Positions 25,035 through 39,031 are shown, counted from the first letter of the whole stretch. The stretch is 63,396 nt of DNA, filler included, from Atractiella rhizophila (GCA_021432655.1; 6 parts of 6 records of this genome joined end to end with filler, not necessarily neighbours in it), one strand, 5' to 3'. Numbers and translations: made by a program. Notes: generated from the sequence alone by a model not told the origin.

Positions 25035-26938
25035 ATGAACTTCTCTCGGTACGCTGAGGGATTCCTACCCACATCCACAGCGAACAATGAAGCGCCTCTC
25101 TTTTATTCTGACCCACCAGAAGGATCAGAGGCTGGGGACTTGGAGGAGAGTGGTGAGCTTGAAGGCGGGAATGGGAAGGGGAAAGGGGAGGGTATGACCT
25201 TAGATCGCTTGAGGAAGAGCATCTTTCAGAGTGCAGGTTGGAACGCTTCCCCTTCTGGACGTAACAATCACGCTGAGGAGTCTGATGGTACGCATATCCC
25301 ATTGCCTTTAACACAGGTTGTTGAATGTTGTTTCTGGATGGTGGATGCGCAGAAGAGGAAGGAGAGACACTTTATTACTCGCATTATCCGACACTTCACT
25401 CAGCTTCGCAATCCCAAACCGCATCCACATCATTCGCGCAAGTTCCCCTGGACGAATCTCTGGATCTCTCACCACCAAACTTTTTCTCCTCACCTGCGAA
25501 TCTCCCCCCACCGCATCCGCTCAATGAGCCCTTAGTCACATCCTCTCCTTCCAACACGCCAGCTGAATCAGGCGCACCATCCCGAGAGACTAAGGGGAAA
25601 GGGAAAGGACGGCCCAACGTCTTCCCTCGCCCCTCAGCCCTCCCTCCTCCTCCGACACTCCTAGAACCTGAGGCACAGGATACAATTTTCTTCCCTCTGT
25701 TTGCCCTAAACAGCTTCGCTTTCTTGCTCACTTCGACCTTTTCTCACCCTCCAGGCCATCTGACAATCCTTGGACCTATAGCTCTCGTTCTCAGTGCTGC
25801 AGTCCTGGCTTTGTTGAGAACCTCACTCCTTCTCGTGTTGCCGTTCATCATCCCGAGCGCACTTATACTCGCTGGGATAGCAGTATTGGGTTATTCGTCG
25901 GTGGTCGGAGTACTGCTATTAGGGGCAGGGGGTATACAATCGTTGCTGGCGTATCGTGCACTTAAGGACGCGAAGCGGACATCACGCATTTTGAGCCTTA
26001 GTACAGAGGTGCTGACCCTCCATCCACCACTTATTGCCTTTGACGCAGTTCTTGCCCTCCTCTTACTACTCAATACGCTTCCTCTTCTCAGTTCCCTCCC
26101 CACGACCACTTTTCACTTCTCCCCCTCGCTTGGCAGCCTTTGGAAAGCAATCAGTTGGGCTTGGATCACTGGTTTCTTGGTGCAGGTGAGGAGGAGTGTG
26201 GCAGGTGGAGTTGTTGGAGGGTGGTTTTTCAACCGGTACGTATTCGCTCCTTGCTCATTCCACGTTGCTTCTAACCAACTTGTACATTGAAGTCATGAAC
26301 CGACACATCCGCCGCCGTATACACTTGTTTCCCTCACATTCAATCGTACTCTGTCATCTTCCCTCGGAACAATCTCTCGAGCATCCCTTCTCCTCGCCGT
26401 GTTCGGGTTGGTCTCCTTCACCCTCCGCCGCCTGGTCACACTCTCCCGCGCCTCCCGTCTCCTCCCCCTGCCATTCGGCATTCTAGCCCTACCACTGAAC
26501 TGTCTCGCGCCACTAGCGAGCAGATTGGAGGGGATGAGCGAGCGCGCTGTCGTGTATGCATCACTTACAGGAATGGGGTGGACGGAAAGCGTGGCGAAAA
26601 GTTCGAGGCTGAGGATGACGAGGAGACAGGGTAATATTTCGGGACTTACCCCGCTCGTTTCTGGTGCTGGAGCAGGAATTGCCTACGCGGTGGCCAGAAC
26701 CTGGGAGGCGATGGTCCTCGGCGCGTTGGTGGCCGCCGTGACGGAACGCTTTGTCGTGGGTTCAGTGGAGGATGTGGCTTTGACTATGAGAGTCGCATTG
26801 GCCATTGATGAGGAGAGGAAAACGGTGCATTGCGTTAAGGCGACGGAGGCTGTACGTCTTCTCCTTTTTGTTTGAGGCTGGCCTCAGCTAAATAAATTGT
26901 AACAGTTCGCGGAAGATCTTGGAGATGCGGAAGCTTGA
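25035..26938 (+). CDS. Choline transporter-like (CTL/PNS1 family) membrane protein
   Basis: Disordered N-terminus followed by multiple TM helices; VAGGVVGGWFF, SSLGTISRASLLL, AVVYASLTG. Confidence 0.7.
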
Positions 26939-28037
26939 ACAATCGTTTTGGTCAAAGTATTTGATTTGGCGCTTGGTGAGCAGCAAGTAGACGCGGACTA
27001 AATTACTTTCCATTTCCGCTAGAGAGAGAATCAAGCCATCATCCATCTCATTACTTATTTTCATTTCATGCTGAGTCGTTTCCGTCCATTCCCATTCGAG
27101 TGCAGCTCTTCATTGATTTTACTCAGTATTTACCCTTTTTTTCTTTCTTGATCGTTAATCGAAGCATGGCTGAAAAAGTCAGTCAATTGTTTCGATGATC
27201 ATCGAACTTGAGTCGAGTACTAGTAGTAGGTAGTTCAGTCAGTCCCACGGTGTAGATTAGTACATGCTTGATCATTGCATCTTTCTTCGCATACAACTTC
27301 TCAAGCAGTCCTTTACGTTCCACTATCTGCAAGTGTTGTCCTCACTCTCACGCCAGCCTATGATCAGTTGGAATGTGTGCCATGTTATTAAGTCATCTGA
27401 CTGCTGACGAGCCCTGACTGAGCTGCAGCCGACAGTAAGTGTCTGCGTATACTCGATTTTCATTGACCATGATTGTTTGAGGGGGAGTCCAACGCTTACA
27501 ATATCAGAGCAGAAGATAAAGGCCTCGTTTAGAGGGGTATCCCCTTTCTTCCTCCATCGATTCGACTTAACTCTCAAATCCCAACTGGAGCTACCAAATC
27601 AAAGTACCTGCAAGTCCACGCTGCTTGCTGTAACATCTCTAATCTTTCAAGGGCGGTGGATTATCTTGATCAGATGGAAAGTGAAGATGATCCTTGGAGT
27701 GTCCTTCCTGTCAAGAATGAATTCTCAGAAATAGAAATACTGGCTGCCCATCTTTACAACTTGGAAATGTCACAGCGATTGATGGAAGCTGGGAGCTAAA
27801 GATATAGACAGTGAAAGGCGAATGTCTCTCTTCGCCAATAACTACCATATGCATAATCACGCAGAAGTTGCGACGAGCTGCTCAGATTTTTTTGGCAGAA
27901 TCACGGGTTAGTGTGATAAGGTTTACGTCATCCTCAGCCCTCTTCTCTCTTGGTTTGTTGTGCCTGGACAGATTAGTCTTCAGCAAAATATTTCAGTTCT
28001 GAAGTAGTCGATTCGAAGCTTGTAACTTGAGGAAAGG

Positions 28038-28912
28038 ATGGTAAATGTTATTTATCTGGGTCAGTCGTCTATTGTGAGGTATCATACCAAAAGGAGCTGA
28101 AAGAAATGCGCTCGAGAAAGGCTCTACAGGACCAGCGGGTCACTGTTTGATCCGCGAAAGTCTCTCCCGAGCAGCCATAACCAGTTTGTCACCTCTTCCA
28201 CAGCTCAGCAGGATCTGATCGTTCCTTCATGATAGCAGTTGTGGTCTACGCTCGTTCGCCAGAGAAGCTCTCACACGACCTTCTCGCCCATCCACGTATT
28301 AAAGTCGTCAAGGGTGAATTGGACAATGTGGAGTCGATTGCGAGCGCTTTCGATATCGAGGGGGGGATAGAGGCCGTCATCTCTGCTCTGGGACCTCCGG
28401 TCTTCGGGATACACCCTAAAGGCGATCCTCTAGCCCATGGCTACGAAAATTTTATACAGGAAGCGATGAAGAAGGGTTGTAAACGGTTTATTTCGCTGGG
28501 AACTATCAGCATTCCGGATGAGGAGGATGGTGTGGATTTAAGATATAAAGCTCTAATTCTTGGGTTCGTCCAGCGTCCCAATTTTTCTTGGCCTCCTACC
28601 GGCTGACGAAAAGAAACTGATTGTGAATCTGGCAGAGTTCGCACAGGTGCTCCACACGCCTACTCAGACATCCTAGCCATCGGCAGAACGTTCGAATCAC
28701 ATAAAGATCTGGACTGGACGATAATCCGTGTGCCGTTGCTCACAAGCTCTGACGACAAGTCCTACATTGCTGGCTATGCAGGAAAAGGCCCAGGTGTACA
28801 CCTCAGCAGGAAGGCTTTTGCCGCCTTCGCCTTGGATGAGTTCGAGACTCCGAAATGGGTGAGGAAGAGACCCATTGTCTCCTTGGGGCATGGGGCTCAG
28901 GTGCTTGATTGA
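28038..28912 (+). CDS. NAD(P)-binding Rossmann protein (flavin reductase/BVR-B-like atypical SDR)
   Basis: Spliced start MVNVIYLGSTGPAG, YARSPEKL, AVISALGP, LDWTIIRVP. Confidence 0.85.
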
Positions 28913-29285
28913 TGGAAACCGATCGGATTATTGTTTAGGGACAATTAAAAATCAAAGCTTGTAAAACTTGAATTGTGTATAGGAAATGTAGTCAATTCGT
29001 TACAGTACTTTTATGATCGATGTCAAATCATCGTGGCACCATTAGTCGATTTCTGGTCGTTTGGGGTAAACTTGGTATCAGCAGAAATAAGTGCATAAGG
29101 GCTGGAAAGAAGAACCAATTCCAACCAACACTTCATATAAATTGAAAGGCGATGGAATAATGATAATTTCACTTTGTCGTTTGATCGTAGCTTGAGTACA
29201 TATTGTTGATGATACTGTATTAATTTGGTCTTCATGTGGATGGATTGACTTCAAACTTCAAGTTGGTCACTCACTTCAGGCTTAT

Positions 29286-30355
29286 TCAACCTGCTTCACT
29301 CCCATTCACGCCGCTCACCTCCTTTCCCCACTCCCACAAACCCCTCTCGCTAGCAACCAATAACTCTTCCCTTCTCACCAATTCCTCCTTCCACGCCCCA
29401 ATCTCGCGTTCATACCTCTCCCTCCTGTCCTTCTTCCTTTCTACTGCGCTTTTTACCTTCTCTCCCAATCCAGCAAATCGACGCATGGTCTCCTCTCCCT
29501 TCTCCGCCCAGGCTGCTTCGCTCATGCTTGAGGGGTACTGGGATTGCAGCGCGGCTAGAGACGAAGCAGGAAGAGTGCAATAGGGGAGGGGAGCTGGGAA
29601 AAAGGATTGGTCGCTTCGTTCTCGATCTCCCTGCTGTCGGTGGTTCTCTTGCTGATGATGTGGCTGCTGATATCCCACAGGAACAAGAGGCGACCCGCTC
29701 TCCCTGCTCTCCATCCTAGTGGCATTCGGAAGGCCAAGACAGGATGGCGCTCGAGAGCCGTGTCGCGAGGAGGTACGAGCGTGGGATTGAGGTTGACCAT
29801 GTCCGTGAGACGAGACGGGTGAGGGAAGCTGTCGGACATCCATTCCTACCCCTATGCCATGTTCGTGGACAGATTCGTGGGGATGTTGCCTCTGCAGAAA
29901 TGTGTTAGAAGTGAGGAATTCTGGACATATATATGGCAACGATGGCGCGAGAGGAGACAGACCTTGACTCGCTTCGAAGGTATTTGATGGATCTGGACAT
30001 AGGAGGGTGGGGAGAATGAGAATGCTTCTTCATTCACGCCAATGTTGGTGGACACGAAAGGACGTTTTGGCGCAACCGAAATGGGTCTTTCTACTTCAAC
30101 TAGGCGCAATCAGCGGCGTCCTAATGTATCAAAAAATCAATGTGAGAAAGTGAGAAAGACAAACCAAAACCAGTTCCCTCATCCATTAGCTCGTCCTCTT
30201 CCCCGTCCCTTGCAAGAACAACCGCCGAAGGAGGAGGGATGATCTCCAGACTTCCACTTTGTTTAACAAATGATACTGGCTCCTGATTCTCTCCTCTTCC
30301 AAGCGGCGCAAATCCATTCCCCTCCAACCCCTCAGCCAAAGTCGACCCAACAAGA
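29286..30355 (-). CDS. Hypothetical low-complexity protein with C-terminal coiled coil, 5' end lost in gap
   Basis: Consecutive minus-strand ORFs rich in S/P/H/Q ending in a charged helical tail (KVKSAVERKKDRRERYEREIGAWKEE). Confidence 0.55.
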
Positions 30356-30835
30356 NNNNNNNNNNNNNNNNNNNNNNNNNNNNNNNNNNNNNNNNNNNNT
30401 TAATTAATTAANNNNNNNNNNNNNNNNNNNNNNNNNNNNNNNNNNNNNNNNNNNNGGAGAGGAAGGCATCAGAGAGCGGTTAATCGCGAGACATGTTAGG
30501 CGCGCGTTTAGTATCTCCTCCTTGACGTGATCTGAGATAGAAAGGTAGAACTGGAGTCGCACCCTCCTTGGAGGAGGCAACGATCAGAGGTTTTTTTTCT
30601 GTTTTATTCATAAGCAGTGTCATCTGATGCTTGGGACAGCTGATACGAGTGACATTCCGAACGGAAGATACTTATTAGATCACCTCCTGGAACCCGTGAA
30701 AAGAATTTACACCATGCACGATCCTTCATTCATCATTCGGGGTGAGGAAATCGAGATTGGTGCTCAGTAGTCCAAAGAGCAGACAATGTAGAATGCAATG
30801 CACATGTATCACCAACCTATCAATCTCACGTCAAC

Positions 30836-32231
30836 TTACACATCGCCTTCAATAATCTCCCATCCTCCACCATCGATCTCCCAGAACCTCAACCAGGTTA
30901 TTACCCCCGAATCGACGACAGCGAGCAGGACATTCCGCCTTCCCGTCTTCAACACTCGGATTACATTGTTCCACCTCGGTGGGAGGACGTAGCCTAATAC
31001 AGAGTGTACAAACCATGTTACCCATGGTCTTGCAAAAACGCCAAATATTGAAGGAGCGGGGGAGGAAGGGACTTGAGAGAGAAGGAGAGCAAATTCGTCC
31101 AGCGTCGGGAGGCGGGTTCTTCGTGCCCTATATTCAACGAAAACATTGACCCTTTTTGAGAGATAAGAGTAAAGGGACGTACGAGAGGATGGCAAGGTGC
31201 CATTCTGGAGGAGGGGGTGATTTTCGGAGGTAGGTGGTGGATGGTCGGTATACATAGAAGAAGGTGGTTAGGGGGTGAGTGGCAGGAAGGAGTGGTGCCG
31301 ACTGTATGGGTGTTGGCGGGGAAGTCAGGCGAAGGGAAGTGTATATGCTCCCTAATTGGTACAACTGGTTTAGTATACATAAAGATGGAGAAAGCTGTAG
31401 AACTGTACCCCATGTCCGTCGTACAGAAGAGGATACCAGCGGTTCAAGTTGCTTTGGCGTTGGTGCAGAAAAAGGAAGCACAAGCGAGAAAAGCGCGAGA
31501 AATCGTTGCAGGATGGAAAGGTGCCGTGAAGGAGGAGACGGGATGGCAGATGCGTAGTCCTCAGCTAGGATGGCGGCGTGCCAGCCTGGTCGAACAACTG
31601 TATATCCTAAACGTTTCAGGTGTGCATAAACCTGACATTTCATGAACTCGAGCGTAGAAGGCAGAAAGTGGACAGACATGGTACCTTTCCAAAGTCAGCC
31701 CTTCCACACCGATACACTCCACCAGCACTTGCTGGAAGCTCATCCTTGCTAGTCCTTCCTTCCCCTCCTTCCAAACCTCGACGCTTCCCAAATCCATCAA
31801 CCAAATCACCTCTTCAGGTAAAAACTCTCTCCTCCTCCTCCCTCGTTCATATCTCCCCAAGTTTGGTAACCATCCATCCTCTACCATACTCCCGCGTCCT
31901 GTCGATGCGTGCCAGGTTAGCCGCTTGGTAGAACTCGCATTGTGTGAACGTATAGAAGCGACCGAGAGAGATGTGAACAATGCGTTTCTTGACTTAGCCA
32001 ATGCAGTAGATTGGGCTGAATCACCTTGAACTGGAGTGAAATCTTTGTCTCCTCTGATAGGAATGAATGGGGCAGATGGGAGGCTAAATGAGATGTCAGT
32101 TCAAGTTCTGCCAGCAGGCAGAAGACAAACGCAGATAGCTTTTGGAATTGGGTCCAGTCAGGCGCATTTTCATCAACTTCCAGCTCCTCCTCCGAATCTG
32201 CATCGAATTTCACGGCATCTTCAGCTGACAT
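30836..32231 (-). CDS. SEN54: tRNA-splicing endonuclease subunit Sen54
   Basis: IPIRGDKDF, FLPEEVIWLMDLGS, LTLERYH|VYAHLKRLGYTV, GRRNVLLAVVDSGVITWLRF. Confidence 0.9.
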
Positions 32232-33420
32232 TACTTGAAGGAAAGCAGCGATACAGTGACAATGTGTCAAGCGCTATCAAAAGCGTTATTTGCAGACTTT
32301 TGATAATCACGGCGATTTGGTGGATTCAAGCGAAAGGCTCCCAATGGACCCGCTACTTTACCGTTTCGCACAATCAGGATGTCTTTAAGGAGCCTACTGG
32401 CGATCTCTTTTCTCGTAGCACTTGAAATAAAGAAGTAAGAAATAGGTTATCTGGGCACGTGCTGTCAAGCGGACGGAGAAGCGATGGTGTTGATCCCAAA
32501 CTACGACCGCCACCACAAGCACAACAGGTTACGAAACCCTTTCTCCTCACAAAGCTGACAGCACTCCTTTCGTGCAAAGGTTGAATCAATCACAATAAGG
32601 AAAAGGCGGCGGGGATCGAGATAGAACGAGATGTGGCAGTAAGCCTTCGTGAGTGTTTAGCTTCCTCTCTTCACCGAAAGTGGTAAACAGCTGTACATTA
32701 TGTTTAACTTGGCGTCCCTTCAATGTTCCCCCTCAGATGGTGACAGGCATAACGTCTACCTTTGAAGGAGTTGGTTTTTTTTTACGGTAGGAAAATGACT
32801 TTTCCCTCTTAAAAGCAGTATTGGGTACCCTCCCGGCCATAGCAAGCATCACAGCACAGATGCGAGTAATCCATGGTTAGTTATTGGTTATCCAATGGCG
32901 AAAACCACCAATAAAGAGAACTAGGCTAAGCTTGTCCTGAGCGATTCTCGCAGCATACCAATCATCTGGATGACAGATGTTTGAGTCTGGAAGGCTTGAC
33001 TAGTATTCAGTGCGATTCCTACGATTAAACGCGCTGAGAGGCAATATGTTAATCGATGCAGGATTCAGGAAATTCACTCCCTGCTCCTCCCTATCTTAGT
33101 GGATATGATGATAGTTACCCAGCGAGGGTAATAAACCTCGGCGTACGATACCAGTAGAACTATCGTTAACTTACTTTTTTATGATACATGTTCGTTCATC
33201 ACACCGTTCATGGCTGCAGCGGTAGCGGCCTCGCATTGAAACGCTGTTTCGCAGCCGTCTTCGACATGGATGGATTTAATTACCTAATTTTCACCTACGT
33301 TCGTTTAACGAGGTAGTATGCATACCAATGAGTTCAGATCATAGATTACAAAAGGATAGTTTCCAATGACAGTACGTTTATCAGAAATACAGAGCGGTTT
33401 CCATTCCGTTCAAATGTCCT

Positions 33421-34626
33421 TTACTCAAGTCCCCTGTACATTCCAACCTGGGCAGCCATCCTCGTGGCCTGTCCCTCAGTGAATTCAGTCATGCAAGAAT
33501 CGTCGGAGTAGTCCATATCTAGTAGGGAGTCATGAGCTTGTATATTATGGATGAGGGAATGCTTGCGCACAGTTGTGGATAGAGTCGACTCCGCCACCAG
33601 AGCACGAGTCCTTTCCGGTTGGGCATCCCGAAGTGGCCGTCTTCTGAGGAGGGGTGTCGCTGACTTGGTCGTAGTCGTCGCAAGACGATCCATAGTCGTC
33701 GAAGACGTGGTACAATCCAAACCAGTGACCAGCTGAATTTTCTTGTTAGTATGTTGACGCCAGACGGAGACTACGAACCTTCGTGGGTCAAGGTTTGTCC
33801 TTCATCAAAAGGAGTAGCGCTTCCTCCGGGAAGAGAGGAGTACAAAATGACACATCCGTCGTTGTCGGGGTCAGAGCTGTAGTCCGAAGGGAAAGTGGAG
33901 TATCCCAAAAGACCAGATCCGTCTTTGAATCCGACCTATGTCCAGCCCTTAGATCTGTGTAGGATAGGCATAAATTGAAGCTGCTTACAGTGTAGACGTT
34001 TAAGTCAGCGGCTCCACCCTTACGTAGCTGAGTCTTCATTTGAGTTTGAGCGCTTGTGCCATCAGTGGCAGTGTTGAACCTGCAATTTTTATCAGGTACA
34101 GATTTTAGCGAGAATATGACGAGACATACCAAGTGGCTTGCTTGGTTCGGTCAGTTCCAGCCAGCTTGAAGGAGATGCCAGAGTCAGCGTAAGCCGCATT
34201 CATGACATCGCTTTATCCAAATATCCCAACTCATCAGCACCGAGTCAAAAGGCATGAAGAGCCGTACATTTGATCAGAGATTTGAGAGTCAGGGATGTAC
34301 CCATCGTCAATGCTCTCAGAAGCATAGATGACATGGAAGTAGACGTTGACAGTTTGGGAGATGCGTGCTCCAGCTGCCGTCCTGGACGTGCGAGAGTAGT
34401 CGGCCAGAGATTTGCCCTTCGCGGCAAGGAGAGTCTCGAACTCCTTGTTGTGGGTCGCAACCTGCTCAGGCGTGACGGTAGTACCGCAGGTTCTACATTG
34501 CCTCGTTAGTCCAGAAGGCAGTGAGAGAGGGAGAATAGCGTACCTCACGCGTGCAGATTGGTTGAGAGTCGGGGCGGCAAACGCCGTAGCAGAGAAAGCA
34601 AGAACGGTAGCGATTTTGGAGAGCAT
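33421..34626 (-). CDS. Secreted zinc metalloprotease, pappalysin family M43B
   Basis: Signal peptide, RTCGT pro-region, [18 protein letters not shown], spliced [29 protein letters not shown]. Confidence 0.93.
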
Positions 34627-35459
34627 CTTTTCTGGACCTTTCAAAAATTGACTGGGAGGAGACTGAGATGACAGATGAAACGGAAAGCTGATGGCAATTC
34701 ACTTCCAACGCCACCTCTTTTATATCTTTGCCATCATCTCTTCATACACGCCAGCTTGTTGCAACACATGCTGATGGAATTACATCCAGTGCATACTAAC
34801 GGGCTTCAAACAATCTAAACAGGAGTCGCAACTGCTCTCTTCATCTAGGAAGCTGATCATAGCACCGGCTATCTTATCGTCTCCATGCTCGGGTCAATCT
34901 GCGGATGACGCGGGGGGATCTGATGCCGATCTTTGTATGGAGACTGGATTCTTGAACTCAACTACATGCAACTGGTTCATTCTCCAGGTATCGCAACCGT
35001 TCGGTGTATGAGGGGCTGAACCCTGGATGCTTTCATGTAGTCTCCTGTTGGTTACTCTTGTTTCCATGGACCAGCAGGTCCTTGAGTCCTTTATCACGTG
35101 TAGGAAGCCGTGCTAGCCGCATTCATCTGTCGAATATTCGGTGCAGACCCAGTCCCTGACGTTGGCTGTACTACGGGCATATATATTCGAGAGTTGTACG
35201 AGGACTGGAAACTCGGATAGCCACTGATGAATGTTAGATTCGCTGGGTTCATGCAATATGGGATGACAAGTCCTAACAGATTCAGTGAGTTGAGCCATCA
35301 TGTAGTGCACTTCATAACCGATGTTAGGTAGAATCTAGCAGTAACGACCAAATCCTGCAGAATATACCTGATCTTTCCTTTATTGTTACCCCATAATGTA
35401 ATGGCTACAGACAAGAGTCCATTCAAAATTCCTTTCCAATTTCGCTGAACGTGCTTAAG

Positions 35460-36825
35460 TTACCAGCTGTCATCACTCCTCCTATCATCCTCATCGTCAC
35501 TATCGCCAAGCTTTCCCTTCCTCTTATTCAACGCAGCCGCAAGAGCATTAGCCAGATCTCCATTCCCTCCTCCGTTGTCGTCTGCCACAGGGACAGCACT
35601 CCTAGGTGCAGAGGAAGAAGAGCTGGTCGCGTTCGTATCGACCTTCTTGAGCGCACCCACGCCCCCACTCCCACGGATAGATGCGAGGAGATCGTTCCTT
35701 CCGCCTTGTGGAGCCGGAAGGGGTGCGGACGCAGGAGGAGGAGGCGGCGGCGGTGGCGCTCCGCCAGATGATGGAGGAGGAGGAGGTGGTGGTGGTGGCA
35801 CTCCTCCACGTCCTGACGGCGGCGGAGGAGGTGGAGGTGGAGGAGGAACGGCACCACCACCGCCGCGAACTGCCGGCGGGGGAGGGGGTGGTGGTGGTGG
35901 TGCGCCACCACCCATTGGCGGAGGCGGAGGTGGTGGAGGAGGAGGAGGGGCTGCGTCGTAAGAAGCTGGAGCAGGAGGAGGCGCAGGCCTACTTGCCCTT
36001 GAAGCGGGCGCGGGAGGCGGCGCTCCTCTTCTCGTTGGTGCAGGTGGTGGAGCACCTCTTTTGGGTGCTGGAGGAGCAGCTGGCTTCTTTGCGAGTCCAC
36101 CGGATTGGGCGACGAACTCCTTGATGAAACTTTGGTTAGCTGCGATGTCCGACTTGCTGATTCCCATCCCTGAAAGCTGCTCGAGGAACTTCTCCCATGT
36201 CGGATCGATGTTTTCAGTCGTGAAACCCTTTGTGGAATCGAAGCCCATGTGCGAAACATGCTTGAATGTAGAAGTGTCGGGACCACTGATCATGTCTTTG
36301 GAGATACCGCCTTTCTTCTTCTTCTTTGATGACTCCTTGGATGAGGATTCCGCTTTCGCTTTCTTCACTGTTTGTGCGTTCAACACGGACGCCAGGAAGG
36401 CATAAACTAAAGAGAGACGCACTGTGCTTAGCTCTGGTGTTGACTTTCTTGAAAAATTCCACTGCCTCTCCATCCTCTGAGAACAGAAAGCCGACGATAC
36501 CATCATCCGCCTCCCACTCGTGCAATCCCTCCCCTCGATCCCTATACTCCAGTCCTCTATAGAGTTCATGCTCCCAAATCACACCTCCCTTCTTCCCACT
36601 GAAATCAATGAGCCTGAACCAGAACCTTGTCTCTCCATCATCTGTCTCTCCCTTCCCAAAAACTATTGCACCTTCAAGTCCGGTGTAGGACCACGAGGAT
36701 TCCCCACGTGCACAATAGTAGATACGTGCGATGCCAGCTGTGAGTACTTTGTCTCCTCTCGCTGTTGGAGCTTGTTTCTTGATGAGAGACTTCTCGGCGG
36801 AGGAGAAGGAGGAGGTCGAAGGCAT
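35460..36825 (-). CDS. LAS17: WASP-family actin nucleation-promoting factor
   Basis: WH1 domain (WSYTGLEGA, IWEHELY), CRIB-like ISGP...FKHVSHMGFD, polyproline tracts, WH2 (GRNDLLASIR...LKKV) and an acidic tail ending in W. Confidence 0.93.
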
Positions 36826-37091
36826 GACGAATGATCTTGACGAATCAAGTCGATCAGTCACTATGGCTGCAGGTGCGAGAGAAATGCTACACACTTCGAT
36901 CCTACACCTGATATACTTTGGCCTGAATCTTCAAATCTCTCGTTTCGTCGTTTCGTGGACTGACTCTACTTCATAAGCCCCTTATCACTGGAATTTGACC
37001 CCGCAGGTGCACACGATTAGATCAAGAAACGAAAGAGAAGGCAGACTTTAGGGGAGAGTGTCATCTTGGAGAAACAAACTAGACTTTAAGG

Positions 37092-37905
37092 ATGTCTCTA
37101 CCCAAGCGGATTATCAAGGTATTTTTCCCAACATTCCACTGTTTCATGGGTCGAGAAGCGTAGCATCGTGGGAGTGCTCAAATAGCAAGAGGAGCTTACA
37201 TGAGGTGTGAAGAGTTTCAGAAGCGTCGTGTAGATGCAGATCGCTCAGTCTATCCAGCGTATATGTTTGATTGTAAGACTGCTGAAGTCCTATGCAGTGG
37301 CCACAACATGGGGCAATTTTCACGAGTTTCGTCCTCGCAATGCTGAACACAACGCGAATGTGTGACTTTTGAAGTGTGCGCTTTCGACCTGAACTGGGTC
37401 GCGAGACCCGATCCCGTTCTCCCTATCTCCCGGACGTCCAAGGCGACATACTGATCTGGCTCTTTTACAGGAAACAGAGCGCCTGGTCTCCGATCCCTCA
37501 CCTGGAATCTCCGCCACACCACACGAGGACAACCTTCGGTACTTCGACGTCATCATATCAGGACCTCAGGGGTCATGCTTCGAAGGCGAGTCTTTTCTAA
37601 GCTCTAGCCGATAAATGGATGCTTATTCCGGATGGATGAAGGTGGCAGCTTCAAACTCGAACTTTTTCTGCCAGAAGAATACCCCATGGCTCCCCCGAAA
37701 GTTAGGTTCTTAACGAAGATATACCATCCCAACATTGGTACGCTTTTACTCCACGCCTTCAACCTTGCAAAAAGTTGACCGATGTGCGCGACTGGGTCAA
37801 GACAAGTTGGGTCGCATCTGCCTTGACATCCTCAAAGATCGTTGGTCTCCCGCACTCCAGATCCGCACCGTCCTCCTCTCCATTCAGGCTCTTCTCTCCG
37901 CTCCA
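37092..37905 (+). CDS. UBC13: Ubiquitin-conjugating enzyme Ubc13, copy 1, truncated at the duplication junction
   Basis: [14 protein letters not shown]...HEDNLRYF...[64 protein letters not shown]. Confidence 0.93.
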
Positions 37906-38220
37906 TTGATGAGAGACTTCTCGGCGGAGGAGAAGGAGGAGGTCGAAGGCATGACGAATGATCTTGACGAATCAAGTCGATCAGTCACTATGGCTGCAGG
38001 CACGAGAGAAATTCTACACACTTCGATCCTACACCTGATATACTTTGGCCTGAATCTTCAAATTTCTCGCTTCGTCGTTGAGCTGGAGTGACTCTCCTTC
38101 ATAAGCCCCTTATCACTGGAATTTGACCCCGCAGGTGCACACGATTAGATCAAGAAACGAAAGAGAAGGCAGACTTGTAGGCGAGAGTGTCATCTTGGAG
38201 AAACAAACTAGGCTTTAAGG

Positions 38221-39031
38221 ATGTCTCTACCCAAGCGGATTATCAAGGTATTTTTCCCAACATTCTACCGTTTCATGGGTCGAGAAGCGTGAGCATTGTG
38301 GGAGTGCTCAAAGACAAGAGGAGCTAGCACGAGGTGTGAACAGTTTCAGAACGGTCATGTAGATGCAGATCGCTCGGTTTATCCAGCGTATATGTTTGAT
38401 TGTAAGACCGCTGAGGTCCTATGCAGTGGCCACGACATTGGGCAATTTTCACGAGTTTCGTCCTCGCAATGCTGAACATATCGCGAATGTGTGACTTTTG
38501 ACGTGTGCGCTTTCGACCTGAACTGGATCGCGAGACCCGATCCCGTTCTCCCTATCTCCTGGACGTCCAAGGCAACATACTGATCTGGCTCTTTTACAGG
38601 AAACAGAGCGCCTGGTCTCTGATCCCTCACCTGGAATCTCCGCCACACCACACGAGGACAACCTTCGGTACTTCGACGTCATCATATCAGGACCTCAGGG
38701 ATCATGCTTCGAAGGTGAGCCTTTTCTAAGCTCTAGCCGATAAATGGATGCTTATTCCGGATGGATGAAGGTGGGAGCTTTAAACTCGAACTTTTTTTGC
38801 CAGAAGAATACCCCATGGCTCCACCGAAAGTTAGGTTCTTAACGAAGATATACCATCCCAACATTGGTAAGCTTTCCTCTATGCTTCAACCTTGCAAAAA
38901 GTTGACCGATGTGCGCGACTGGGTCAAGACAAGTTAGGTCGCATCTGCCTTGACATCCTCAAAGATCGTTGGTCTCCCGCACTCCAGATCCGCACCGTCC
39001 TCCTCTCCATTCAGGCTCTTCTCTCCGCTCC
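38221..39031 (+). CDS. UBC13: Ubiquitin-conjugating enzyme Ubc13, copy 2, truncated by gap
   Basis: Same exons and identical peptide as copy 1, up to the gap. Confidence 0.93.

Larger units (their letters stand above)
36779..39031 (+). repeat. Tandem duplication of about 1.13 kb (36779-37905 and 37906-39031)
   Basis: Both units begin ttgatgagagacttctcggcgg and align throughout with scattered substitutions and small indels. Confidence 0.95.

Noticed and set aside
7508..28912. Possible secondary-metabolite or oxylipin cluster (SDR, lipoxygenase, BBE-like oxidase, reductase)
   Set aside because: The genes lie on different contigs separated by linker gaps, and there is no backbone synthase.
30836..32231. 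SEN54 in the same window as two intron-containing tRNAs
   Set aside because: Different contigs, and tRNA introns are common in fungi; coincidental.
35528..36405. Long Gly-rich and alternative-frame ORFs
   Set aside because: Shadows of the WASP polyproline codons.
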